Program-made: the position numbers and the translations under genes
Part shown: in pieces, positions 1 through 7,784 of the stretch
How positions within the stretch are numbered: position 1 is the stretch's first letter
Layout of the letters: each line of letters opens with the position of its first letter
Notes under the pieces: generated by a model
What the model was told of the DNA's origin: nothing
Database searches by the model: none
The model's input: the letters and a program-made list of their open reading frames with translations, nothing else
Origin: an uncultured Pseudomonadota bacterium
GTDB lineage: Bacteria; Babelota; Babeliae; Babelales; RVW-14
Assembly (NCBI GenBank): GCA_964493325.1
Contig: CAZBMD010000009.1
Location: 1,121-65,120, forward strand
Length of the DNA stretch: 64,000 nt
Direction: 5' to 3'

Positions 1-1091
1 ACGTAAGAAAAATCCCAAGGATTTAAAAGCCCTTCGTCATTTAATTCAATACCTTCAGGCAACTCTTGAGAAAAATCTTCAAATTCTACTGTTGCTTTTT
101 TTTGCGCCCGCTTGAGCAAATGCTCAATAAAGTCTTGAGCTCGCTCTGGGGTTTTGACCATTTGATCGTCAAGATCAAGCGCCGCAAAACTTTCAAACCC
201 AAGCGCTACAGCAAGCTCGTGACGCTTAGCAATAATTTTATTCATCAGATCTTGGTTTGCAGGGAATGCTCTATTTTGATACGCGCGGTACACATCTTTA
301 CGCGTCTGTTGATGATGACAATAATCCAAAATCTCGACAACATGCGGAGGGTTGCCACACTCAATAACGCACAAACCATTTTCATTCTTTTCAAACTGCT
401 CTAGAACATGCGGATCAATGCCAGCAAGATTCTCACACGCAGTCTCAACACGATTTTTTGTTGCTGCAATGTTATTATCAAACTCAGACCCAAGCTGTTC
501 AAGTTCTTTTTTTAATGTTTGTACTTTCTCAAACTCAGCATCAGGAAGGTTCAAACCACTGCGCTTAAAACCACTCATCGTCTCTTGAATAAAATAAGCT
601 TGCTCTGGGTTTACATTTTCTGACATGCTTTTTTCTGCATACGATGAAAAAGCAGCATACAAAGGCTTACTCGAAAATGCATCAACAGAAAAAGAACTCA
701 AGCGAATGTACTGCTCTTGGCACGCATCTCGAATTTCTTTTTGAGGGCTGACCATGGTAAGACGCTGAATAGCACATACAATTGTTCCAAACTCTGCGCC
801 AGCTTGATCAAGTGCACGCGCGGTATTGTCAAACGTTCGCGCTTCGGGAGCAAGAGCAATAATGGCGTCAAGATCAGTTTGTGCTTTTTCTATCGCCCAG
901 TCAGCGTAACGCTTAACCTCATCAACTGTTTTAGGAAAAAGTGGGGTCAAATCGCTTGGGCTTGTCATCTCGGTTTTGAGCATGGTGATAAACTCCTCTT
1001 TGGTGTTGCAACTTTTGTTGGCCGCATTGTTTCCACAACTCAGCAGCGATAAACAACCAGCAACCGCTATGATACTTTTTACACTCTTCAT
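1..1091 (-). CDS. M3-family zinc metallopeptidase (oligopeptidase A / Dcp / thimet-like), N-terminal part with lipoprotein signal; 3' end lies outside the window
   Basis: Not in the ORF track because the frame runs off the left edge. Hand translation of the minus strand from the ATG at 1091-1089 gives about 363 codons without a stop. It starts MKSVKSIIAVAGCLSLLSCGNN (lipobox LLSC). It continues through FDNTARALDQAG and TRKDVYRAYQNRAFPANQDLMNKIIAKRHELAVALGFESFAALDLDDQMVKTPERAQDFIEHLL, the typical N-terminal-half pattern of M3 peptidases. The HExxH motif would lie beyond position 1. Confidence 0.7.
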   Translation of the reverse strand, partial: MKSVKSIIAVAGCLSLLSCGNNAANKSCNTKEEFITMLKTEMTSPSDLTPLFPKTVDEVKRYADWAIEKAQTDLDAIIALAPEARTFDNTARALDQAGAEFGTIVCAIQRLTMVSPQKEIRDACQEQYIRLSSFSVDAFSSKPLYAAFSSYAEKSMSENVNPEQAYFIQETMSGFKRSGLNLPDAEFEKVQTLKKELEQLGSEFDNNIAATKNRVETACENLAGIDPHVLEQFEKNENGLCVIECGNPPHVVEILDYCHHQQTRKDVYRAYQNRAFPANQDLMNKIIAKRHELAVALGFESFAALDLDDQMVKTPERAQDFIEHLLKRAQKKATVEFEDFSQELPEGIELNDEGLLNPWDFSY

Positions 1092-1271
1092 TTTATCAAT
1101 CCCTTTCCTGTTTTGATTAATGTGCAGTAGCAGCAGTATATCACAAGATAAAAATCAGATCGAAATCTGGTCATTTTTCACAAAAAGATTATATTCTTGC
1201 GCCTCCAGCTTTTAAATCTTTATGATGATTCAATTAGCTTCTATTGCGTCTATCCCCAAGGGAGTCTTTAT

Positions 1272-3608
1272 ATGAAAATTTTTAAAGGCATCATGATGGC
1301 TTGCATCGTCGTTGGAATATCAACACAGCATGCGGTACATGCCGGCATCTCGCCTCTTGTTTTCAACAATGTCTTTGCACTCTTCAAACCAGAACATATT
1401 TACTATGCCCCTCAATTTGGCTCTATTGCTCTATCATCGGGGATCATAGAAAACTTACGTTTTTTTAACGTTATTCCTGGCATTGGCGATGACGGCAAGC
1501 GACGCTACAGCAGAGACGAAGCTCCAGACAATGACCCAATTATGGAAATTATTCTCATTCTTTTTCCATCACCAGCTGGACAATTAACTACAGAAAGAAA
1601 CCTTGCAAGTAATATAGGCAAATACTGCAGGCCCAAGCATGTTGCTGGGCTCCTTAATTTTACTTACAGAGTAAGGCAATATTTACAAAAAAATAATGTG
1701 CCTCTCAGCACCGATATCAATGAACTACTTGGAGCCCAAGAACTTAATTATCAAGATGAGATCACGCAAGACTTCCGACCAGCAAAATTTAACCAAACGA
1801 ACTTAAGCTCTCTCCTGGTCAAGATAGCTCAAGCGATAGAACAAGAACTAATCAACAACTCTGATCAATCGTTCTATCCTAAATATTTTGTTGAACAAAT
1901 TATAAACGCTTTTTTTTGCCATAAATTTGCCAACCAAAACGCCGTAGAAAGGTTAATGAGTAAACTTAATATGAGTAAACTTAATATGCCGGCAAATGAA
2001 AAGAGGGAAAGCCCTTCCTGGGATCCTTACCTTCGTGCACTGTTCCCTATAGGATATGAGTTATTTCTATTGTATAAAAAGAAATATGCACCTAAAAAAA
2101 TCGATAATCTAACACTCAGTGACTTACAATCGCTTGATAAGCTATGGGTAGAATTCCATGGCCATAATAATACAAACACGTTACCTTATGCCAACAACAA
2201 TCTGCCAATTTCTTGTGGAACGACTCAATTCTACAACCGCGCTGCAGATAGACTCAGCAGCAATAAAGATACTTTTGTAGACTGCGTTGAGGTTTCTATG
2301 CGGCATATCGTCAATTTTTTTCTGTATGATCACAGACTATCGTCTTTTAATGTCGCACCACTTTATAAGCACATGAAAAAGCACCATAACCCGTATATTA
2401 AAAATTTAGAAAATTTTTACGCTATTCAATCTCCAGAGCAAGCAAATTCTGGAGATATCACACTACGATCAACATGGAACAAAGTTATAGCAAACCTTAA
2501 ACACTCTCATGGAATCAGGTACCTAAAACAATTTGAATCTGTCAATAATAATAATGAACTCAAATCTGGCATGCTTAATATGATGAAGGTTTTTAATGCT
2601 ATCTTTAGCTTAGACCTGGGCGATGCCCCCTCATATACCCCTAACGATACAGAAAAATTTTTGATTAAAGCTCAGGATTGGGTTAAAAATGGATTTCAAA
2701 AAATGAGCGCCATTATTAATAGCAACCGTACATGCTCAGTAACTTTTTCAAAAGTCGATATTAACGAACAGGTACAAGACATTATAGGCAGAATCAATAT
2801 CACCATGCTCGATAGAAAAACTCTTGCAAGCATATTCAGTACTACCATCAAAATTAATTATGGGCATACGTACATTGAAAAACTATCTTCCTTAATAGTT
2901 AGTCCTCGCAACCAGCTAGCACCTTCATCACTTACTCAAGCAAAAACAATCAGTAGCCGCACTCGTGCAGGAACAATTATCGATTTACTCTTTGCTCTCC
3001 TGCAAATTTCAGACACTGAAAATGGCACTCCTGATGCAGCAATGAGCCCTTCATTACAACTATTCAAAATATCAACTAACGAAAATGAGCCAACTATTAA
3101 TACATTAAATGCATTAATAGGCTTAACTCAAAGAAAAATCATCTCAGATGATATATCATCACGCATCCTAAGTAACATTCTAAAAAAAATATCTTGGGAT
3201 CATACTGAAACCGTACGCAATGCAATGACCACAATTATCAAGCTCAAAGATCTAGTTGATAACAAACCTATTTTCTCCGAAATAATTAAAAAAGAGGTGC
3301 AAGCCCTCGCGTTGTCGCACAACGATGATAGCAAGTTGCTGACTTTTTTCACAAACATCAAATATCTGTACATTCAGCCAACGGCCACTATTTCAAATCT
3401 CACTCTTCCAAGATATACACATCTCAAAACGCTATCTGTGCAGGGAGCTGCAAACCTTGAATCTATAACATTCACCAACCTAATGGATGAGCTTGATACG
3501 ATTAATTTTAACGAATCAGGAGTAAAAAGAATTATTGGCTATAACTTATGTCCCAATATTAATCAATGGCCAACAGGAATAGAACTCATTAGATCTGAGG
3601 CCCAATAA
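1272..3608 (+). CDS. Large secreted orphan protein, paralog A (conserved N module, Cys/His core, LRR-like C-terminal tail)
   Basis: ORF 1197-3608. I prefer the ATG at 1272 (MKIFKGIMMACIVVGISTQHAVHAG, signal-like), which follows GGGAG. It is clearly paralogous to 3623-5923 along its whole length. The C-terminus (IKYLYIQPTATISNLTLPRYTHLKTLSVQGAANLESITFTNLMDELDTINFNESGVKRI) has a ~22-23-aa LxxLxL periodicity. Confidence 0.8.
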   Translation: MKIFKGIMMACIVVGISTQHAVHAGISPLVFNNVFALFKPEHIYYAPQFGSIALSSGIIENLRFFNVIPGIGDDGKRRYSRDEAPDNDPIMEIILILFPSPAGQLTTERNLASNIGKYCRPKHVAGLLNFTYRVRQYLQKNNVPLSTDINELLGAQELNYQDEITQDFRPAKFNQTNLSSLLVKIAQAIEQELINNSDQSFYPKYFVEQIINAFFCHKFANQNAVERLMSKLNMSKLNMPANEKRESPSWDPYLRALFPIGYELFLLYKKKYAPKKIDNLTLSDLQSLDKLWVEFHGHNNTNTLPYANNNLPISCGTTQFYNRAADRLSSNKDTFVDCVEVSMRHIVNFFLYDHRLSSFNVAPLYKHMKKHHNPYIKNLENFYAIQSPEQANSGDITLRSTWNKVIANLKHSHGIRYLKQFESVNNNNELKSGMLNMMKVFNAIFSLDLGDAPSYTPNDTEKFLIKAQDWVKNGFQKMSAIINSNRTCSVTFSKVDINEQVQDIIGRINITMLDRKTLASIFSTTIKINYGHTYIEKLSSLIVSPRNQLAPSSLTQAKTISSRTRAGTIIDLLFALLQISDTENGTPDAAMSPSLQLFKISTNENEPTINTLNALIGLTQRKIISDDISSRILSNILKKISWDHTETVRNAMTTIIKLKDLVDNKPIFSEIIKKEVQALALSHNDDSKLLTFFTNIKYLYIQPTATISNLTLPRYTHLKTLSVQGAANLESITFTNLMDELDTINFNESGVKRIIGYNLCPNINQWPTGIELIRSEAQ

Positions 3609-3622
3609 CCCATAGGCTAAGC

Positions 3623-5923
3623 ATGAAGAATTTTAAGCACACCATTATTGTATGCACCGTTATTCTTGGCATGATAACACAAGTCATACTCAATGCCGGC
3701 ATCTCGCCTCTTGTTTTCAACAATGTCTTTGCGCTCTTCAAACCAGAACATATTTACTATGCCCCTCAATTTGGCTCCATTGCTCTATCATCAGGACTCA
3801 TAGAAAACTTACGTTTTTTTAATGTCATTCCTGGCATTAGCGATGATGGCCAGCGAGGCTACTTCAAAGACAAAGCCCCAGACGATGACCCAATTATGGA
3901 AATTATTCTCATTCTTTTTCCATCACCAGCTGGACAATTAGCTGCAGAAAGAAACTTGTCGAGCAATATGGGGAAATATTGCGAACCTGAACACGTTGCA
4001 GCACTCCTTAACTTTTCTTATGCTGTCCGAATGTATTTGCATAAAAATCCAAAAGCTCGACCATTTCCCATCAAAGCGAATATTTTACTCGGCAAGCGAC
4101 TACTCAATTATCAAGATAAGATCAATAATGATTTTGCCCCAGCCCAATTTCAACAGACTGATCTTAATATACTTTTAGTCAAAATAGCTCAAGCGATAGA
4201 GTTTGAAGCAAAACAATCATTCTATCCTCGATATTTTGTTGAGCAAATTATCAATACTTTTTTTTGCCACAAATTTGCAGACCAAAGAGCTGTCAAAACC
4301 TTGCTCAGCAAACTTGATGTTCTACAAGATAATTCTCCAAACATTAGTCAGATCGATGGACTTTTTACACAAGACAATATCAAGGCTGCGATTAGAAAAA
4401 TTCAAACATCGCACCTGCTCAATCCCGATGATGCATGGATATTATTACATAGTTCTATTTTTACAAGAATATTACCGTACAACAATGGTAACAATCCAAT
4501 TTCAAACGGCAGCACACAGCTCTATAATCGTTCAATCAAAACGCTAAGCAACAAAACCTTTCAAGATTGTACTGAAGTTACGCTACGCCACATAATCAAT
4601 TTCTTCATCTATGACCACACAAACAAAACATTTAACATTGCATCCATTAATCAACTCATAGAAAAAAATCCCGATAATCAATATCTTCAAAATCTCAAAG
4701 ATTTTTATGACTTTCAAGCCCCAGACAAAGCGAATGCTGGGGATAGGACCTTACGGTCTGCCTGGAATAAAGTTGTTGCAGATATTGGTGCTGACTATGA
4801 CATCGCGTACCTTCAAAACTTTGAGGCTGAGAAGAATAATAATGAACTAAAGTCCGGCATGATTAATATGATGAAAGTTTTTAATGCAGTTTTTAGCTTA
4901 GACTTGAGCAAAGCTCCTGATAGACAGAATGAACAATTTTTAATTAATGCTCAAACATGGGTGCAAGATGGATTTGAAAAATTATGTTCAATCTTGAATC
5001 AACAACACACCTGCAAAGTTAGCTTTTCTCACCTTAGAAAAAACGATACTGACACGGATATTATCGGAACCATACATTTAACAGTCAGTTCTTTAGATAC
5101 CAATACAAATATTTTTAGTTTTACCATTCAAATTGAAAGCGCTCACACTGAGATTAAAAAGGTATCAATGGCACAACCCCATTCTGTCACCCAATTAACC
5201 GAAGACGCAATCACCGCGGTCAAAACGATTATCGGCAACGTCTCTCAAACTATTACTGATTCACTACTTACTCTACTTGAACAGGAGACTCAGCCATCAG
5301 AAATAATGAATCCAGAAGAACCTGATACACTACCGAAGAATCCTCTCTATCAGCTTTTTATCAATACCATCAATGATAGCTATTCAACTATGAGTGCACT
5401 GAATAGAATTCTTGGCTTAGCTCAAAAAAACATAATCCCTCACAAGGTAGCACAACGCCTCCTGACAAATATTCTTCAAAGCTTTGAATGGAAAAACGAG
5501 ATAGGAACTCAGAACAATATAGAAATGATAAGAAATCTCAAAGCCATAGCAGAAGAACCTGACAATCAACATTTTGCGGCCACTATTAAAAAGGAGGTTC
5601 AAGGCCTAGGATTATCGAGCAACGATGATGTCAGCCTATTAAATTTTTTCACAAACATACGCTATTTGTGCCTTACAAAAAATTCTCCTGTTAGCAGCAT
5701 CACCCTGCCTGCATACCACGCACTACAAAAACTTGACCTCCAGTCAGCAAACAACCTTGAATATGTAACATTTACTGGAAGCATGGACAATCTTGAGGAG
5801 GTTCATCTCCAAAACTCTGCCGTCAAAACAATTATCGGCTATGACTTGTGCCCTAAGATTAATGAGTGGCCAAAAGGAATCAAACTCATCAAGGCAGATG
5901 AGGCTAAACCCTCTAAAAAATAA
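3623..5923 (+). CDS. Large secreted orphan protein, paralog B (same architecture as 1272-3608)
   Basis: 766-aa ORF with an N-terminal hydrophobic segment (IIVCTVILGMITQVILNAG). It is collinear with paralog A, including FQDCTEVTLRHIINFF, NELKSGMINMMKVFNAVFSLDL and the LRR-like tail IRYLCLTKNSPVSSITLPAYHALQKLDLQSANNLEYVTFTGSMDNLEEVHLQNSAVKTI. Confidence 0.8.
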   Translation: MKNFKHTIIVCTVILGMITQVILNAGISPLVFNNVFALFKPEHIYYAPQFGSIALSSGLIENLRFFNVIPGISDDGQRGYFKDKAPDDDPIMEIILILFPSPAGQLAAERNLSSNMGKYCEPEHVAALLNFSYAVRMYLHKNPKARPFPIKANILLGKRLLNYQDKINNDFAPAQFQQTDLNILLVKIAQAIEFEAKQSFYPRYFVEQIINTFFCHKFADQRAVKTLLSKLDVLQDNSPNISQIDGLFTQDNIKAAIRKIQTSHLLNPDDAWILLHSSIFTRILPYNNGNNPISNGSTQLYNRSIKTLSNKTFQDCTEVTLRHIINFFIYDHTNKTFNIASINQLIEKNPDNQYLQNLKDFYDFQAPDKANAGDRTLRSAWNKVVADIGADYDIAYLQNFEAEKNNNELKSGMINMMKVFNAVFSLDLSKAPDRQNEQFLINAQTWVQDGFEKLCSILNQQHTCKVSFSHLRKNDTDTDIIGTIHLTVSSLDTNTNIFSFTIQIESAHTEIKKVSMAQPHSVTQLTEDAITAVKTIIGNVSQTITDSLLTLLEQETQPSEIMNPEEPDTLPKNPLYQLFINTINDSYSTMSALNRILGLAQKNIIPHKVAQRLLTNILQSFEWKNEIGTQNNIEMIRNLKAIAEEPDNQHFAATIKKEVQGLGLSSNDDVSLLNFFTNIRYLCLTKNSPVSSITLPAYHALQKLDLQSANNLEYVTFTGSMDNLEEVHLQNSAVKTIIGYDLCPKINEWPKGIKLIKADEAKPSKK

Positions 5924-5932
5924 GAACTCACA

Positions 5933-5970
5933 AAAGAGGCCGGCTCTTATTTTTGAGAGCCGGCCTCTTT
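5933..5970. terminator. Bidirectional rho-independent terminator between convergent genes
   Basis: Perfect hairpin aaaGAGGCCGGCTCT-tattttt-AGAGCCGGCCTCttt, with A and T runs on both sides. It lies between the stop at 5923 (+) and the stop at 5999 (-). Confidence 0.8.
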
Positions 5971-5998
5971 AAAACAATCTATAAATATGATTTTATCA

Positions 5999-6367
5999 CT
6001 ATCGATCTAACTCTGGCCCACAAAGCTGATCTATCATTTCGTAGTTGTAGCGACTAATATCACTATCACTATCACTATCACTATCGCTATCACTATCACT
6101 ATCACTATCGCTGTTACTATCAACAGATTGAGGCTGGGATTGCTGTTCAAACAAAGCATTCACTCGACTAAAATTATCAGCAAGTGCTGGATGTAGTTGA
6201 ACATTTGCTTGATTTTGTTGAACATTTGCATTACTCATTCGAAAAATGCGCTGAGAAACTTCATTACTACCTGGGACCACCAAATCCTCAGAAGCATTCA
6301 GCGCTTGTCCCGAGAATAATACATGCGATGCACAAAAAATAACTGCAGCTAATAACTTCTTCTTCAT
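5999..6367 (-). CDS. Small secreted protein with a (Ser-Asp)n tract
   Basis: ORF 5999-6472. I prefer the ATG at 6367 (MKKKLLAAVIFCASHVLFSGQALNASE), which follows GAGG at 6-nt spacing. That start also avoids overlap with the upstream ORF. It has a signal peptide and a C-terminal SDSDSDSDSDSDSDSDSD run. Confidence 0.6.
   Translation of the reverse strand: MKKKLLAAVIFCASHVLFSGQALNASEDLVVPGSNEVSQRIFRMSNANVQQNQANVQLHPALADNFSRVNALFEQQSQPQSVDSNSDSDSDSDSDSDSDSDSDISRYNYEMIDQLCGPELDR
6059..6118 (-). repeat. Hexanucleotide microsatellite (ATCACT/ATCGCT, about 9-10 units) encoding (Ser-Asp)n
   Basis: The plus strand reads atcact atcact atcact atcact atcgct atcact atcact atcact atcgct gttact. It lies in frame within the CDS 5999-6367. 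Confidence 0.9.
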
Positions 6368-6410
6368 AGAAAACCTCGACATTTTGAAATTAGTCACTTC
6401 GTGTTTAAAT

Positions 6411-6668
6411 TTATCGACCAGGGGCATCAACAGGACGTCCCTCAGGAGCTTGATTAGGAAGACTAGGAGCAACCGCTAAAATCTGGGATCCAGGCTGATT
6501 AGGTACCGAATTAGCATTATTAGACGAGATCTCACGAGGCGCGCTCACATGAATTTCCTCAATATCCGTAATACCTGTAGAATTTCCAGGTAATGGCTCA
6601 GAAGCATTCAATTGAAACGATACAACAACCATACCAACAAGAGCCACGGCTAATAAATTCTTATTCAT
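6411..6668 (-). CDS. Small secreted protein (85 aa)
   Basis: MNKNLLAVALVGMVVVSFQLNASEPLPGNS looks like a signal peptide. It shares the post-signal motif LNASE-x-L-x-PG-[SN] with the neighbouring gene 5999-6367. The mature part is rich in Pro, Asn and Ser. Confidence 0.5.
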   Translation of the reverse strand: MNKNLLAVALVGMVVVSFQLNASEPLPGNSTGITDIEEIHVSAPREISSNNANSVPNQPGSQILAVAPSLPNQAPEGRPVDAPGR

Positions 6669-6892
6669 ACAAACCTCATAATTAAAAAAATATTATTTTA
6701 ATACAATCATAGATTATAGTATCAAATAGAAATAATTATATCAAATGGGGCTTGAGCTAGTATTTATAGATCGAATAGGTGTCAGACAAACACTCTCCAG
6801 ACCTACTCATTCGGACCTCTTTTCTCAACCTATTGTATGTTTTAATAGAAAACTCACAATAAAGTTAAGGTTAGCAGTAGGACTCTTTATTC

Positions 6893-7543
6893 TTATTTGC
6901 CATCATGCGGATAGGTCACCGAGTTATCAAGAAAGCTACTGGTTGATTGCTGAACACTTCCCTGACCAGGCGACATTATTGCTGGCTTCCCCATAAAAAA
7001 TTTATTTTTAATAAAAGCTTCTAAATTTTCTTTGGTATAAAAGCCCTGAAGCATTGGCGAAGGACTGCACAGATTGCCATTTTTGAAAAAGAAAAAGAGT
7101 GGTAGATCGACTTTAGTAATCCCCAGGAGCATCATGAGCTGTGCAACAATGTCTTGATTTTCAGGCGCACCATTATTTTGTGCCGCAATATCCACCGCAA
7201 AAAAGTTAATTTTATCGCCAAAAACGTCTGCTGTTTCTTGAAAATGATCTTTAACTCGAGCAGAGTCTGCGCTATCACTAAAAAACTTAACTACCGCCGG
7301 TTTTTTCTGAGATTGATCTAAAACATGGTACTGAAAAGCATCTTTACCATTCACCAGCTGCACCCTGCTTTCGCGCCCATTTTCTCGATTTTCTGGCACA
7401 CAAGGAGCAACAGAAGCTGTTACGCTCGTAGCTACTTTATTTTTTATAACATTATCAGAAAATTTTATGCGCTGCGGATACCCTGATATCTGCACACCTG
7501 TTATTGTCAAAAGCCCGCATAGCAAAAGAACATGATTCTTCAT
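6893..7543 (-). CDS. Exported thioredoxin-fold protein lacking the CxxC active site
   Basis: ORF 6893-7603. I prefer the ATG at 7543 (MKNHVLLLCGLLTITGVQISG), which follows GAGGGGGGA. The core aligns with TrxA. VVKFFSDSADSARV matches VDFWAEWCGPCKM, and the cis-Pro segment DLPLFFFFKNGNL matches GIPTLLLFKNGEV. Confidence 0.6.
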   Translation of the reverse strand: MKNHVLLLCGLLTITGVQISGYPQRIKFSDNVIKNKVATSVTASVAPCVPENRENGRESRVQLVNGKDAFQYHVLDQSQKKPAVVKFFSDSADSARVKDHFQETADVFGDKINFFAVDIAAQNNGAPENQDIVAQLMMLLGITKVDLPLFFFFKNGNLCSPSPMLQGFYTKENLEAFIKNKFFMGKPAIMSPGQGSVQQSTSSFLDNSVTYPHDGK

Positions 7544-7697
7544 CACAACATCCCCCCTCAACCCCTTTGGATTTTTAGATTTCCCTCGATGATTCCCCAG
7601 CACTCATAATATAAAAATAGACGCTCTACTGACAAGAAAACTTTCATATTAGCAGGATGAATAGCCTTCTAAAGGGAACCTTTTTTTCGTTAATCCG

Positions 7698-7727
7698 TTG
7701 ACTCTGTGGCGATACAAATTGTATTAT
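7698..7727 (+). promoter_or_regulatory. Sigma70-like promoter candidate for 7785-9311
   Basis: TTGACT, then 18 nt, then TATTAT, about 58 nt upstream of the ATG. Pattern match only. Confidence 0.3.
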
Positions 7728-7784
7728 AAAATCAGCCCTTATATTTAATATTTTCAGTTTTAATTTATTGCAATTAGGAGAAAT

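Noticed and set aside
66-1052. Three plus-strand ORFs (66-404, 352-588, 717-1052) listed in the ORF track.
   Set aside because: They are antisense shadows of an uninterrupted minus-strand frame (1-1091) that encodes a recognisable M3 peptidase N-terminal half. Their translations are low-complexity and have no start signals.
1956-1985. A 15-nt perfect tandem duplication (ATGAGTAAACTTAAT, twice) giving MSKLN-MSKLN in paralog A.
   Set aside because: The duplication is real, but it is a small in-frame slippage event in a poorly conserved linker that is absent from paralog B. No functional inference is justified.
6059-6118. Regularly spaced short repeats that could superficially suggest a CRISPR-like array. 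The same applies to 63635-64000.
   Set aside because: The units are 6 nt, or about 33-36 nt, with no unique spacers. They are in frame within ORFs and translate to (SD)n and to an Asn-rich peptide repeat. No cas genes are present.
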